A stretch of 64,000 nucleotides of DNA, taken from positions 448,001 to 512,000 of the forward strand of contig OZ244587.1 in assembly GCA_965218095.1 (NCBI GenBank). The letters run 5' to 3'. This document shows positions 10,847 through 20,784 of the stretch, in pieces. Origin of the DNA: Candidatus Poribacteria bacterium. GTDB lineage: Bacteria > Poribacteria > WGA-4E > PCPOR2b. Under the pieces are notes generated by a model. It had not been told where the DNA came from. It did not search any database and saw only the letters and a list, made by a program, of their open reading frames with translations. Made by a program: the position numbers and the translations under genes. Position 1 is the stretch's first letter. Each line of letters starts with the position of its first letter.

Positions 10847-12361
10847 TCAGAAATCAACTTCCGCAATCGCTTTACCCTCCAGCACCTGTTCGATAATCTG
10901 TAACGTCTTTTGGTGAGCGGCATCGATTTGCATTTGCTGCAATCTAATCTGCTCATCAATTTCGTTTAGTCTTGCCTCAAATTCGCCCATCATTCGCTTC
11001 ACCTCTGAGGGAGACGTGCCGCCAAGGCTTCGATTCTGGTGGAGGGCGAGGCTTGGATCGAGGATGCGTTGAAGTTGTGGTATGGATAGGTCAATTCCTC
11101 TTGACTGTAGCAGTTTTTGTGTGTCATCCCAATCCCGAAAGGTCTTGCCCATTTTCACCAGATCGACGACGACGCCACCGACGATTTCGTGGCATTTGCG
11201 GAACGGTAGATCATGTTCACAGACGAGGAAATTCGCCAACTCTGTTGCGGCTGCGAAGTTTGCGTTGGCGAGTTCGTCCATCCGATCTGTATTGAATTTG
11301 AGTGTTTCAAGGAGACCGGGCAAAATTTCGAGGCAAGATTGAACCACATCAAATGCCTCCCACAGCGGTGGCTTGTCCTCCTGGAGATCTCGATTATATC
11401 CCATCGGCAGCCCCTTGAGGTTCGTCAGGAGGCCCACGAGAGCTGCATAAACTCGTCCTGTCCGTCCGCGTGTGAGCTCCGCGATGTCAGGGTTCTTCTT
11501 CTGGGGCATGATTGAACTACCCGTCGCATAAGCGTCATCAAGCACTGCAATGTTAAACTCATAAGTCGTCCAGTAAACAAGCTCCTCACTAAGTCTTGAG
11601 AGGGTCGTCATCAGCAGCGCCAGCGCAAAAAGGGTCTCCGCGATAAAATCCCGGGAGCTAATAACGTCCAACGCATGTTCATGCGTTGCATTAAAGCCGA
11701 GCAGTTTGGTTGTCAAGCCTCGATCGATTGAGAAGGAGGTCCCCGCAAGGGCACACGCGCCAAGTGGATTTACGTTGGCAAGTTCGTAGGCTGCGTTCAA
11801 CCGTTTCTGATCACGGAGGAACATGCTCACGTAAGCTGTCGCCCAAAAGCCGAGGCTGATTGGCTGCGCGTGCTGTGTGTGCGTATAGCCCGGCATCACC
11901 GTCTCGGTGTGCGCTTGCGCAATCGAAAGAAAGGCACGGCACAAACCCGATAAGCCCAATTGCGTATTGAGGATCTGTTCGCGGATATAGAGATGCGCAT
12001 CAACAAGCACCTGATCATTTCGAGAGCGGGCAGTGTGAAGTTTTCCGCCATACTCACTCCCCGCGCCTTCGATGAGGTAAGACTCCACATTCATGTGAAC
12101 ATCTTCCTTCTCAGGCTTGAGGACAAACTTGCCATCGCGAAAATCCGCTTCAGCTTTGCCCAGCCAGGGCAAGATCTGCCGGAGGTCGTCGTCGGAGATG
12201 ATTCCTTGTCGCGTCAACATAATTGCGTGTGCTTGGCTTCCCCAGATGTCGTGTGCAACCATCCGGCAATCGACCACAATGGATTGTGTAAAGTCCTCAG
12301 TTTCAGTTGACAGCTCGGAGCGAAAACGTCCGCCCCAGAGTTTCGTAGGAGTTTTCAACAT
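10847..12361 (-). CDS. argH: Argininosuccinate lyase
   Basis: KLWGGRF, EDVHMNVE, LHTARSRNDQ, GSSIMPQKKNPD, YNRDLQEDK. Confidence 0.97.
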   Translation of the reverse strand: MLKTPTKLWGGRFRSELSTETEDFTQSIVVDCRMVAHDIWGSQAHAIMLTRQGIISDDDLRQILPWLGKAEADFRDGKFVLKPEKEDVHMNVESYLIEGAGSEYGGKLHTARSRNDQVLVDAHLYIREQILNTQLGLSGLCRAFLSIAQAHTETVMPGYTHTQHAQPISLGFWATAYVSMFLRDQKRLNAAYELANVNPLGACALAGTSFSIDRGLTTKLLGFNATHEHALDVISSRDFIAETLFALALLMTTLSRLSEELVYWTTYEFNIAVLDDAYATGSSIMPQKKNPDIAELTRGRTGRVYAALVGLLTNLKGLPMGYNRDLQEDKPPLWEAFDVVQSCLEILPGLLETLKFNTDRMDELANANFAAATELANFLVCEHDLPFRKCHEIVGGVVVDLVKMGKTFRDWDDTQKLLQSRGIDLSIPQLQRILDPSLALHQNRSLGGTSPSEVKRMMGEFEARLNEIDEQIRLQQMQIDAAHQKTLQIIEQVLEGKAIAEVDF

Positions 12362-12435
12362 TAGACAATTCCAGAAGGTGGGAAGTTTTGGAAATCCATA
12401 AAATCCTTTGCCTTCAAGGCATAAAATCAGGGTGT

Positions 12436-12465
12436 ATTATAGCACGAAGGGGTTTCGCTTGACAA
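12436..12465 (-). promoter_or_regulatory. Putative sigma70 promoter for the argH-rlpA-pyrF-lepA run
   Basis: Minus strand TTGTCA-N18-TATAAT with an extended -10 TG. Confidence 0.55.
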
Positions 12466-12505
12466 GTGGCGATTATACCCATTCCTTCGGGATAATCACG
12501 CTTGT

Positions 12506-12860
12506 CTAGTTAATGACGAAACGCCGAAAGGAATCAAGGCATGGCTGGAGCTGATTGCGGACTCATTGAACGATGAGATTGATGAAACGCGCTACAGATC
12601 GCCGATCTTCCACAGAGTCATTGATGCCATCGAACTAGATAACGTTTCTCCAGAGGAACTGTACCAGATTAAGGATGAAGCAGTTTAGGACGATGCCCTC
12701 AAAGAGGAGCGTGAGGAAGGACGCGAAGAAGGACTTCAACAAGGGAAAGCGCAGATTGCCCTCTCACTCCTGCAGAAAAGAGTGGACATTGACCCGATTT
12801 CAAGAACAACAGGGTTCAATCGAGAGGAGATAGATCAACTCCGGCAGGCAAGGATAACTA
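12506..12860 (+). pseudogene. Rpn/YhgA-like (PD-(D/E)XK nuclease-associated) C-terminal remnant
   Basis: ..IKAWLELIADSL..ELYQIKDEAV*DDALKEEREEGREEGLQQGKAQIALSLL..ISRTTGFNREEIDQL; EEGREEG repeats; TAG at 12686-12688. Confidence 0.65.
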
Positions 12861-13066
12861 ATCTCCGGTTCCCTATCCCGAAGGAAAATCTTTCTAGGAT
12901 GCTTGGGCACCAACGCCCGTTATTGGCCAGGTGGGTAGGTAACTGAACAAAATAAGCAACATGTTATTGGACAATATAAAAATGGGTAGAAATCAAAGGA
13001 ATCTTTCTGGCTTCTGCCCACCTGCTCACTTGCTCCCCCCGATAGATCGGGGCAGGCTCTGCCCAC

Positions 13067-13486
13067 TCACTTGAGCCTGCCTTCCTCCGCTTCGATGAGG
13101 TCAAACCACGAACGCAGATCCGGGCGATTCGGAGCAACCTTCTGTCGAACCTCCTCAAAGTAGGCGCGTTTTTCTTCATTGTCGGAACCAAGTTGGCTGA
13201 TTCGCTCATTAAATCCTCCAGCTTCAGCCGCATTGCGTGGTGTTTGATTGGCTTTGACCCACTCGATGACTCCATCATCAGTCACGTCGGGCTCGACAAA
13301 GGCAAGAAAATCCTCCGCGTTGATTTCCAAAAATTCAAATAGAACTTGATCTAGAGGGCAGTCGTAGATATATTCTCCAAGCGCGTTTTGGTGTTTGGCA
13401 CGCGCTTTGTCACTTGTCTTGCCCAACATCATGTATCCCCCAACTTTTTCATAGGGGCTGCGTGGATACTGTTTTGTTAAATCCAT
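13067..13486 (-). CDS. DUF5069-like protein
   Basis: MDLTKQYPRSP..GGY..LGK..DKARA..GEYIYDCPLD..WFDLIEAEEGR; RBS AGGAGG. Confidence 0.75.
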   Translation of the reverse strand: MDLTKQYPRSPYEKVGGYMMLGKTSDKARAKHQNALGEYIYDCPLDQVLFEFLEINAEDFLAFVEPDVTDDGVIEWVKANQTPRNAAEAGGFNERISQLGSDNEEKRAYFEEVRQKVAPNRPDLRSWFDLIEAEEGRLK

Positions 13487-13907
13487 TGCGTTCCCTCCTT
13501 AGATCAACGGTAGATGTTAGGTTACTACCAGTGCTTCTACTTACCTGAATTGCTCAGGGGCATTGTGGATAAATCTACGTGGCTTGATGCAGATGGGATA
13601 CCACCCACCACCTGTCTGTATTTACACTACCACACGCCACCGGTGGTAGATATACATTAACATGTGAATTGCAGAATTGAGCTTCCTTGTGATCCCCTTT
13701 TGGTAGCCAATCAAGACAAAAGGAGTGCCAAGATGGAAGCTCATCAGATATTTTGCCACAATTTACCCATCAGTTTATGTCTCAAGGTGTTATTTGGATA
13801 ATTCATATTCCTCCTTTATCGCGGGCGTTAATGCACTATCACGAAGCGTCCGTAGAATGGCTTCATGAGCTGTACGTTTTTGTTCGCTCATTATTTTTCT
13901 CTGAACG

Positions 13908-15455
13908 CTATTGATCATCAAGTTCCAGGATTTCATCCACCATGCCCTCCTCTCCGAGGCAGAACAGGTAATTCTTCGATCCAACATACAACTTTCCATT
14001 GGCGATAGCAGGCGAAGAGTAAATCGGTTCACCCTTAGCAATCCTGTCCGTATCGAACTGCCATATCACATTTCCGCCAGCAATGTCGATGCTGTAGATG
14101 ACGCCGTTATCTGCGCCGACATACACCGAATTCTCCGTGACGGCCGGTGAGGACACAATCGGATTTCCGATACGAGATTTCCAGTAGAGTTCACCGTTAA
14201 CGGCGTTTAGTACGTAAACATGTCCATCTCGCGATCCAAAATAGACAAACCTGTTCTGATAGGCAACCGCTGTGAGGACGGAATCTCCCGCTTCATACGT
14301 CCAAATCTGTTTGCCTGTTTTGGCATTAACCGCGATGACCCGTCCTTTCGGTTCGTCAGCACTCTGGACGAAATTCCCATTGCCAAGACCAAAATAGACT
14401 ATATTTTCGCTTGCGCTCGGACTTCCCCAGGCGGGATAATCCACCCGTTTTGACCAAATCTCTTTACCGTCATTCGCATCAAGCGCGTAGATGTGATACT
14501 TGCCATAACCGGCGCCGAAGTAGACAATTCCCTTCCATACGGCCGGCGACATGTCTACGTGAATCAATGGATAGTGCCAGACCTTCTTCCCCTCAAGTGC
14601 ATCAACACAGTAAACTCCATCGTTCCCTGCACCGAAGTAGACCTTCCCTTGACTGACAAAAGGACTCGATTCCACATGGCTAGCCGTTTGGAAATCCCAA
14701 ATCACGCTCCCATCACTAGCATTGAGACAATGGAGGCTACAACCGGCGTCTTGGTGAAATCCCTCGCCAACATAAACGCGTCCACCAACAACGGTCGGTG
14801 AGGAGAAGATCTGAACCGGCGTACGATACTGCCAGAGGACATTCCCACTGTTTGCGTCGAGACAGTAGACTGCACCGCTGCTGGAAAAGAAAGATCCTTG
14901 CGCGGAGGCAATATAAACCCGATCGCCGACGACAGCGGGCGAGGAAGAGAAGTCTACTACGACTTCGCCCGTCTCTTTGAAGAACCACGAGGCTTTGGCG
15001 CTCATCGGCCCAGGGAGATTATCGAGATGTCCCGTTCGCGTGATACCCCCTCGAAACGCGGACCAAGCATGCTGCGAGAGCTTGGAGGACATCGATTGCG
15101 TCGACGGACGGATGTTTGTCGAGGTCTTGACATATGGCTGACTTGACTGGACGACTTGATAGGCGATCCAGGCAAGCCCGCCGACAACGACGAGCACAAT
15201 TATCGATGCAATTGCCTTGTGGTGGGAAATGGATTCGCGGATACGGAAGATCAACGCCTTCAGAGAATCACGTGCAAACACAAACGCGGTTAAAATGGCA
15301 ATGCCGACAAACGCTAGAATCTGGGGAATAATACTGAGTAACGCCGAAAGCGGTCCTAAGAGTTGGGGGATAACAGCGTGGGCAGTTGTCGCTGTGTTGA
15401 AGGCGACACATAAAAATATCAGCACCAAAATTGAGGGATTTCCTTTTCTCATCAT
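13908..15455 (-). CDS. Membrane-anchored PQQ-like (BamB-type) beta-propeller repeat protein
   Basis: Signal peptide and TM helices, then about 8 repeats of SSPAV..G.VY.G..DG..YxLDA..G..W. Confidence 0.88.
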   Translation of the reverse strand: MMRKGNPSILVLIFLCVAFNTATTAHAVIPQLLGPLSALLSIIPQILAFVGIAILTAFVFARDSLKALIFRIRESISHHKAIASIIVLVVVGGLAWIAYQVVQSSQPYVKTSTNIRPSTQSMSSKLSQHAWSAFRGGITRTGHLDNLPGPMSAKASWFFKETGEVVVDFSSSPAVVGDRVYIASAQGSFFSSSGAVYCLDANSGNVLWQYRTPVQIFSSPTVVGGRVYVGEGFHQDAGCSLHCLNASDGSVIWDFQTASHVESSPFVSQGKVYFGAGNDGVYCVDALEGKKVWHYPLIHVDMSPAVWKGIVYFGAGYGKYHIYALDANDGKEIWSKRVDYPAWGSPSASENIVYFGLGNGNFVQSADEPKGRVIAVNAKTGKQIWTYEAGDSVLTAVAYQNRFVYFGSRDGHVYVLNAVNGELYWKSRIGNPIVSSPAVTENSVYVGADNGVIYSIDIAGGNVIWQFDTDRIAKGEPIYSSPAIANGKLYVGSKNYLFCLGEEGMVDEILELDDQ

Positions 15456-15503
15456 GACTTCCTCCTTAGCAAAACCGGTTGGGCGCTCCTTAATCTTGTT
15501 TTT

Positions 15504-16700
15504 CTACGATCTTTCATTCAGCCATTTGACGGCGAAATGGATCAGGTTCTCCATCATCGGGTGGTTGACAAAGACATTTGCGCTCGTTTTGTTTTGGAAA
15601 CTTGTGATGAGGTACATCCCTTTGCCGTGTTCCAACAGCGCGAAGGCAATCTCCTTTCCACCGTTTGTGGTGGCAAGAATTGTGTATCTATCGTTCCAAT
15701 CCGTCCATGTGTCATCGATGAAAACATCGCCGGATTGGATCTGATTCGGCTTGCTGAACAGTATGCCGGCTGCATGTGTTGGCTGGAAATCGCTGCGTCC
15801 CCATTGTTCCACACCCTTCATTGGCTCGGGAATCCAGCCGGTGGCACATGGCCGATCATCGTCGCTGTCTTGCCCTGAGACGATAACCACGCCGCCACGC
15901 CTAACAAAAGCTTTGATCTTGTTTTCCTGTTCGGTTGTCAGAAGATATTTCTCATCACTGATCGCCCCGTGTCCAATCCAAAGAATATCTGTGTGAGGGA
16001 GGTCCGGCAGGTTCCGATCTTTTGTCCTCTGGTAAATCACCTGGCGTTCCCTGACCTGATTAAAGGCAGAAAGAACGGAAAATTCGACATCGTGGCGATT
16101 ACGGGCAAGGATGAGAATACGCACCGCACCAGGCGGGGCTTGCGCGAGGATTTGTGCCTTTGAGGATTTTATATTTATGGGACTGGTTTTTTCGGCGAGG
16201 GTATTCCGCAAGAGCCTCTGAAAGTCGGGCGTTGAACCATTGTAGGTTCGGTGCATATAGATCTCAATATGGGTAAAATTCCACCAAACCTTGCTCTTGT
16301 CCTGTTGATCGTGCGCATGGGTTTGAAACCAGGCCCCGTTAACGTGTCCAAGACTATTAATCCGGGGCCCCTGTTTTGCGTAAAAGATAACAATCGGTAG
16401 ACTCATCTCAAACCGCTTAATCATCTTTTGCGGGAAATTGCCCTGCCCAAAAGCGAGGTTGATTTTGATCTCCTGGAAGTCGCTTTTGCCTTTGAGGTTT
16501 TCCTCGACTTTCACTTTGACGGTCAAACGCTTTTGATTGACCGAAGTCACGATGCCGAAGACAACGTTGGTGCATTCATTTAGAACCTCTTGCAAAGTAT
16601 AACGTTTCTCGATGAATGCTTGGGCGTGAAAGCTGGAAATCAATAGACAGCAAGGGCAAAATAGTCCAATAAAAGAATACAGCGAAGTCATTTTTCTCAT
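15504..16700 (-). CDS. Exported two-domain hypothetical protein (C-terminal GATase-like/ThuA-like fold candidate)
   Basis: Signal peptide ending AQA; C-terminal half DILWIGHG..IKAFVRRGGVVIVSGQ..GKGMYLIT..MENLIHFA. Confidence 0.75.
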   Translation of the reverse strand: MRKMTSLYSFIGLFCPCCLLISSFHAQAFIEKRYTLQEVLNECTNVVFGIVTSVNQKRLTVKVKVEENLKGKSDFQEIKINLAFGQGNFPQKMIKRFEMSLPIVIFYAKQGPRINSLGHVNGAWFQTHAHDQQDKSKVWWNFTHIEIYMHRTYNGSTPDFQRLLRNTLAEKTSPINIKSSKAQILAQAPPGAVRILILARNRHDVEFSVLSAFNQVRERQVIYQRTKDRNLPDLPHTDILWIGHGAISDEKYLLTTEQENKIKAFVRRGGVVIVSGQDSDDDRPCATGWIPEPMKGVEQWGRSDFQPTHAAGILFSKPNQIQSGDVFIDDTWTDWNDRYTILATTNGGKEIAFALLEHGKGMYLITSFQNKTSANVFVNHPMMENLIHFAVKWLNERS

Positions 16701-16759
16701 AGACCATCAACTCCTTAACATGAAAGGTGCCGAACCTTTCAAAGGTTTCAGCCGACTAC

Positions 16760-17520
16760 TTAGTTGTTTAAGATTTCCAAAACAAGGGAGTGCAGATTCT
16801 TAGTTGCAGCGACACAAGAATCTCCTCGCGAGGCGTCACCACCATCCCAGGAAGTAATGATCCCACTTGCACCTTGAATAATCGGAATAACAGGAAGGAT
16901 ATCCCACGGATTCATGACCGGGTCCAACATGATGTCCGCCCAGCCAGATGCAAGCAACAAGTAACCGTAACAATCTCCCCATGTACGAAACAGTTTCGTT
17001 TCCCGAAGCAAATTCTCAAATCCCTCTCTTTCTTGGTATTTGGCAATAGCCGAAATATCTGTTGCCAACAAGGTCGCCTCAGAGAGCCTGTCCATTTCCC
17101 GCATCTGCACTAGATCTCCGTTGACGGTGGTTTGATTGTTATCCCCGATGCATAATAGATCTAAGATGGGTTGATTAATCGCGCCCAGGATGGGTTGTCC
17201 TTCATGAAGCAAACAGATCAGCGTACCAAAAACGGACATCCACTTGCGAACGATATTGTGCCGTCTATCGGATCAAGCACCCAAACAAACTCGGCGACCT
17301 CATTTTCGATCCCAAACTCCTCTCCGATGATGCCGTGGCTCGGAAATTCTTTTCGGATCAGACGACGCATTACTTCTTCCGCACCTCGATCTGCCAGGGT
17401 TACAGGTGTGCCATCCGCCTTCGCTTCAACTTCAAGGTTGACGGCAGCGAAATAAGGCTTAATCACTTGAGCGCTTTCATCCGCAAGTTTGCGCATAAAG
17501 GTGATAAATTCTCCTTTCAC
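16760..17520 (-). pseudogene. Inositol monophosphatase family / HisN-type histidinol-phosphatase, split by a 1-nt frameshift
   Basis: KADGTPVTLADR..IIGEEFG..WVLDPIDGT..SGCP / FGTLI..WGDCYGY..PWDI. The frameshift lies in a T5 run near 17228-17232 and may be a sequencing error. Confidence 0.85.
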
Positions 17521-17533
17521 GACTATCACCCTT

Positions 17534-18538
17534 TCAAAACCTAATCTCAAAGGAGGTATATTCCCCGCCAAGTGGACGTTCTTTGACTTTGACATCTTTG
17601 ACTTTGGCAGCGGAGGGACCTTTCCGCAGGATGGTCACAAACTGGTCGAGTATCGCTTTATCCCCTTCGGCGACAACCTCAACTTTACCGTTGAGCAGGT
17701 TCTTCGCATAACCGTGAATGCCCAATTTCGTCGCATTTTGTTGGGTGAAATAACGGAATCCAACCCCCTGGACTTTTCCGCTGATGAGAATATAGCGTTG
17801 CATCTTCTGGTTTACCTCAATCGTAACTTTTACAGGAGTACCGAGTGGTGGGAGCAACTGTTCGTTCCTCTTATAGATGTTTTCTTTGGCAGAAAGTGGG
17901 TTTTGAAATAACGCGCTGCCGTCGACATAGTTGAGGGCAATGATGTCGTTACCCACGAATGCCTGGGGAATCATCGCCTCCTCATCCTCGCTGTCAAGAT
18001 CGGGAATCTCTCGCGATCCGGAAAAGACCCACGCGACATGTTGCATTGGCTTTTGGGTCTGCTTGTCGTAGAGGAGATCTTCACCCCGGACTCTTTTCGT
18101 TTCACCGCTTGCCTCCCATTCGACGAACACTACGACGCTTGTCCCTGTCGCGCCAATCATTTCATCCTTCTCTTCGTCATACATGGGGGGTATCCCCCTT
18201 TCGACGCCGAGTTTGAGTATTGCGTCGTGAATTTCCTTGGCGGGACTATCGACGACGATAATGCTTTCGTATTCTTTTCCCCCTCGCCCACAAAGGAGGT
18301 ATTCCACAGCGCCCTGTAGATGCTCATCATAGGCGCCGAGGGCTTTGGAGATCTCTCCGGTCACCACAATCTTTTTTTCCCCTTCAAGGACTTGGAGGGC
18401 TTCCTCTGCCTGGCATGTCGCCACGAAAATGAAACTTACCACGATTAGACGGATGAAAAGGGAAATGTGTTGAAACCTGAGTATCATCAGTTTTTCCTCC
18501 TGCTGGTTTGAAAATCGTAACACACAGATATTGTACAT
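17534..18538 (-). CDS. Exported YdjY-like domain fused to a C-terminal acylphosphatase (likely start ~18487)
   Basis: Signal-like N-terminus; VEYLLCGRGGKEYES..IHDAILKLG..WVFSGSR; C-terminal ISGKVQGVGFRYF..GYAKNLLNGKVEVVAEG..KGPSAAKV..FEIRF acylphosphatase signature. Confidence 0.82.
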   Translation of the reverse strand: MYNICVLRFSNQQEEKLMILRFQHISLFIRLIVVSFIFVATCQAEEALQVLEGEKKIVVTGEISKALGAYDEHLQGAVEYLLCGRGGKEYESIIVVDSPAKEIHDAILKLGVERGIPPMYDEEKDEMIGATGTSVVVFVEWEASGETKRVRGEDLLYDKQTQKPMQHVAWVFSGSREIPDLDSEDEEAMIPQAFVGNDIIALNYVDGSALFQNPLSAKENIYKRNEQLLPPLGTPVKVTIEVNQKMQRYILISGKVQGVGFRYFTQQNATKLGIHGYAKNLLNGKVEVVAEGDKAILDQFVTILRKGPSAAKVKDVKVKERPLGGEYTSFEIRF

Positions 18539-18570
18539 CTGTTAAGATTCTGTTAATTTTTGACGGGTTC

Positions 18571-19206
18571 CTACTGCTTTTCGATTACCGCTCGCAGCAT
18601 CTCTTTTGCGCCTGATAAAATCGGCGAACCGTGCGAGACGAAGATCTGATCAAAGTCGTGATTAAGCAATTTTCGATAGGATTGGGCGGCAAGTTTTTTA
18701 TCTTTCATGACCCATTTGTGCATGGTACCAAGACCTTCGGGGAATCCGAGCAGCCGCGTGAGAAGCCCACGTTGGCGCGGCTGTAAATTCATCAGGGCGT
18801 CGCCGACAATCAACACGCCCCGCTCATGCCAGAAAATTGTTTCTCCTGTTGTTGTCCCGGGCATTCCAATGGTTGTCAGTTTGCCCGGCAATGTTTCACC
18901 ATCACCAAAAGCGTCATCAACAGCGATGCCGAATTTGGGGATGCCTTCACGATTCGCAAGGATCTTCGCGTTGTATCGCTTGCGATAATCCTCTGAATCT
19001 CTGACATGGTTCTCTCCGGCGATGAGAATATATGTCGGCGTCCCGAGCACTTCAAGCTCCTGAGTTTGCGATTCAGGCAAAGCAAAGGGATCGATTAGCA
19101 CGATTTCGTCCTCCGCTTTGATGATGTGCATTGCACTTGTTAGCTTCAGGGGAGTCAATTTAGTTGTGGCCTGGTAGATATTGGGGAGTAGTTCTTTCAT
19201 CGTCAT
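18571..19206 (-). CDS. Metallo-beta-lactamase-fold protein with a degenerate metal motif
   Basis: VLIDP, ILIAGENHVRD, PGTTTGE, LIVGDAL, VSHG. Confidence 0.75.
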   Translation of the reverse strand: MTMKELLPNIYQATTKLTPLKLTSAMHIIKAEDEIVLIDPFALPESQTQELEVLGTPTYILIAGENHVRDSEDYRKRYNAKILANREGIPKFGIAVDDAFGDGETLPGKLTTIGMPGTTTGETIFWHERGVLIVGDALMNLQPRQRGLLTRLLGFPEGLGTMHKWVMKDKKLAAQSYRKLLNHDFDQIFVSHGSPILSGAKEMLRAVIEKQ

Positions 19207-19270
19207 GTCTTCTTACTTCAACTTAGTTGAGTGACTTGGGAGTTAACGCTTGATGGTAGCATGGGTTCCA

Positions 19271-20500
19271 TTATTTCGCCCTAACTAACGCGTGCGCCAC
19301 CTTGTTAATCGCCCTGGCAATGTCCCGGATGTCGTCCTCGCTCATGTGTTCGTGGATGCCACGGACGACGACTGTTCTCAAGCCTTCGACTGCGCCGGGG
19401 ACGCCCTCGGGACCATAGTGGTATTCGCGGCTGACGTACGCGCTGTTAAACGGGAATTTGCTGCTGCCGTAGGTATTTCCCTCTGTCAGGAATTTACCCC
19501 GCATATAGATTGGGTCTTCAATGTAGTGAGCGCTCATTGAGACGCCTTCGACGGAGACAGCTTTACAGAATTGATCGGGGTCGTGACCGGTGACATGAAA
19601 GATGTAGTTCCACCAAGAAACTTCGCGGTCATCAGGCATTGGAACGACCTCGATTCCGGGCGCGTCAGCAATCAACTCGGTGAGCAATTTTCCAAGATCA
19701 ATACGGCGCTTGACCACCCACCGAAGTTTTTCCAACTGCGCCAAACCGACAGCCCCCTGCATCTCCGTCATGCGGTAATTGGGAGCGAGGAAGGCGTGAT
19801 CTCGTTCTCCCATGTATTGATAGTCCCAGCCTTTGTCCGAAAAGAGTTTCAGACGGATATAGGTTTCTTCGTCATTGGTCAGAATCATACCGCCATCGCC
19901 GGTAGTCATGTGCTTCGATTGCTGGAAGCTGAAGCAACCGATATGACCAAACGTTCCGGCGTAGCGTCCCTTATATTTCGTCGCGTGGGTCTGGCAGCAG
20001 TCCTCGATCAGGATGAGGTTGTATTTTTCGGCGATCTCCAGGGCTTCATTGATGTCACAAGGATGACCAAAAAGATGGACCAGGATAATTGCCCTGGTGC
20101 GGTCTGTGATGTTGGCCTCAATTGATTCCGGGGTCATGTTCAGCGTCTTCGGATCAACATCGGCAAAGACCGGCACAGCGTTCTGCATGAGGATAGGCAT
20201 GACGCTGCCGGGGTCAGTAATCGGTGCGGTGATGATCTCATCGCCGGGGTTCGGATTGACTGCACCAACCGCTGTGTGGATGGCGGCGGTGCCGCTAGTC
20301 GATGCCTGTGCGTAGTTTGCGCCGAAAAACTCAGCGAATTTCTTTTCCAGTTCTTTGACGAATGTCCCACTTTTGCCGAAAAGGTTTTGGCTGCGCACCG
20401 CCTGAAGCAGAAGTTCCTCTTCACGTTTGCCAAATGGGGCGCGTTCCGGAAAGGGTTCGGTTCGTACTTTTGGTCCGCCGTGGATGGCGAGTTTTTCCAT
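19271..20500 (-). CDS. DegT/DnrJ/EryC1/StrS PLP-dependent aminotransferase
   Basis: KLAIHGG, SGTAA, PGDEII, IEDCCQ, FSFQQSKHMTTGDGG, NYRMTE; RBS AAGGAG before MEKL. Confidence 0.93.
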   Translation of the reverse strand: MEKLAIHGGPKVRTEPFPERAPFGKREEELLLQAVRSQNLFGKSGTFVKELEKKFAEFFGANYAQASTSGTAAIHTAVGAVNPNPGDEIITAPITDPGSVMPILMQNAVPVFADVDPKTLNMTPESIEANITDRTRAIILVHLFGHPCDINEALEIAEKYNLILIEDCCQTHATKYKGRYAGTFGHIGCFSFQQSKHMTTGDGGMILTNDEETYIRLKLFSDKGWDYQYMGERDHAFLAPNYRMTEMQGAVGLAQLEKLRWVVKRRIDLGKLLTELIADAPGIEVVPMPDDREVSWWNYIFHVTGHDPDQFCKAVSVEGVSMSAHYIEDPIYMRGKFLTEGNTYGSSKFPFNSAYVSREYHYGPEGVPGAVEGLRTVVVRGIHEHMSEDDIRDIARAINKVAHALVRAK

Positions 20501-20511
20501 TTTTGTCTCCT

Positions 20512-20781
20512 TCAACTAACTGTTATTAAACCCAGTCTACGACCGACTTCTTCATTTTCCACTTCAATCCCCGCCTTGTTTTCCATATAGTATTCCAACG
20601 CTTCTTCTACTGTCTCAATGGGTAAGTCAAAGCCTTCAGCCGTTTCCTAGATAGTAAATTGGTTCGCTCGCATCGTTGCAACGAGATTCCAAGCCGGCAT
20701 GTTTCGATCTTTCACACCGAGAAATTTGGTCTTTTTATAGGGCTTTGGTTCAAGATAGCGATAGTGATTCTCTTGACTCAT
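20512..20781 (-). pseudogene. DUF433-like small HTH/antitoxin-type gene (3' exon of the intron) with an in-frame TAG
   Basis: MSQENHYRYLEPKPYKKTKFLGVKDRNMPAWNLVATMRANQFTI*ETAEGFDLPIETVEEALEYYMENK..; TAG at 20647-20649. Confidence 0.65.
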
Positions 20782-20784
20782 TTC

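Noticed and set aside
17218-17240. Programmed frameshift in the hisN-like gene
   Set aside because: A single missing base in a T5 run with no stimulatory structure; mutation or sequencing error is more likely.
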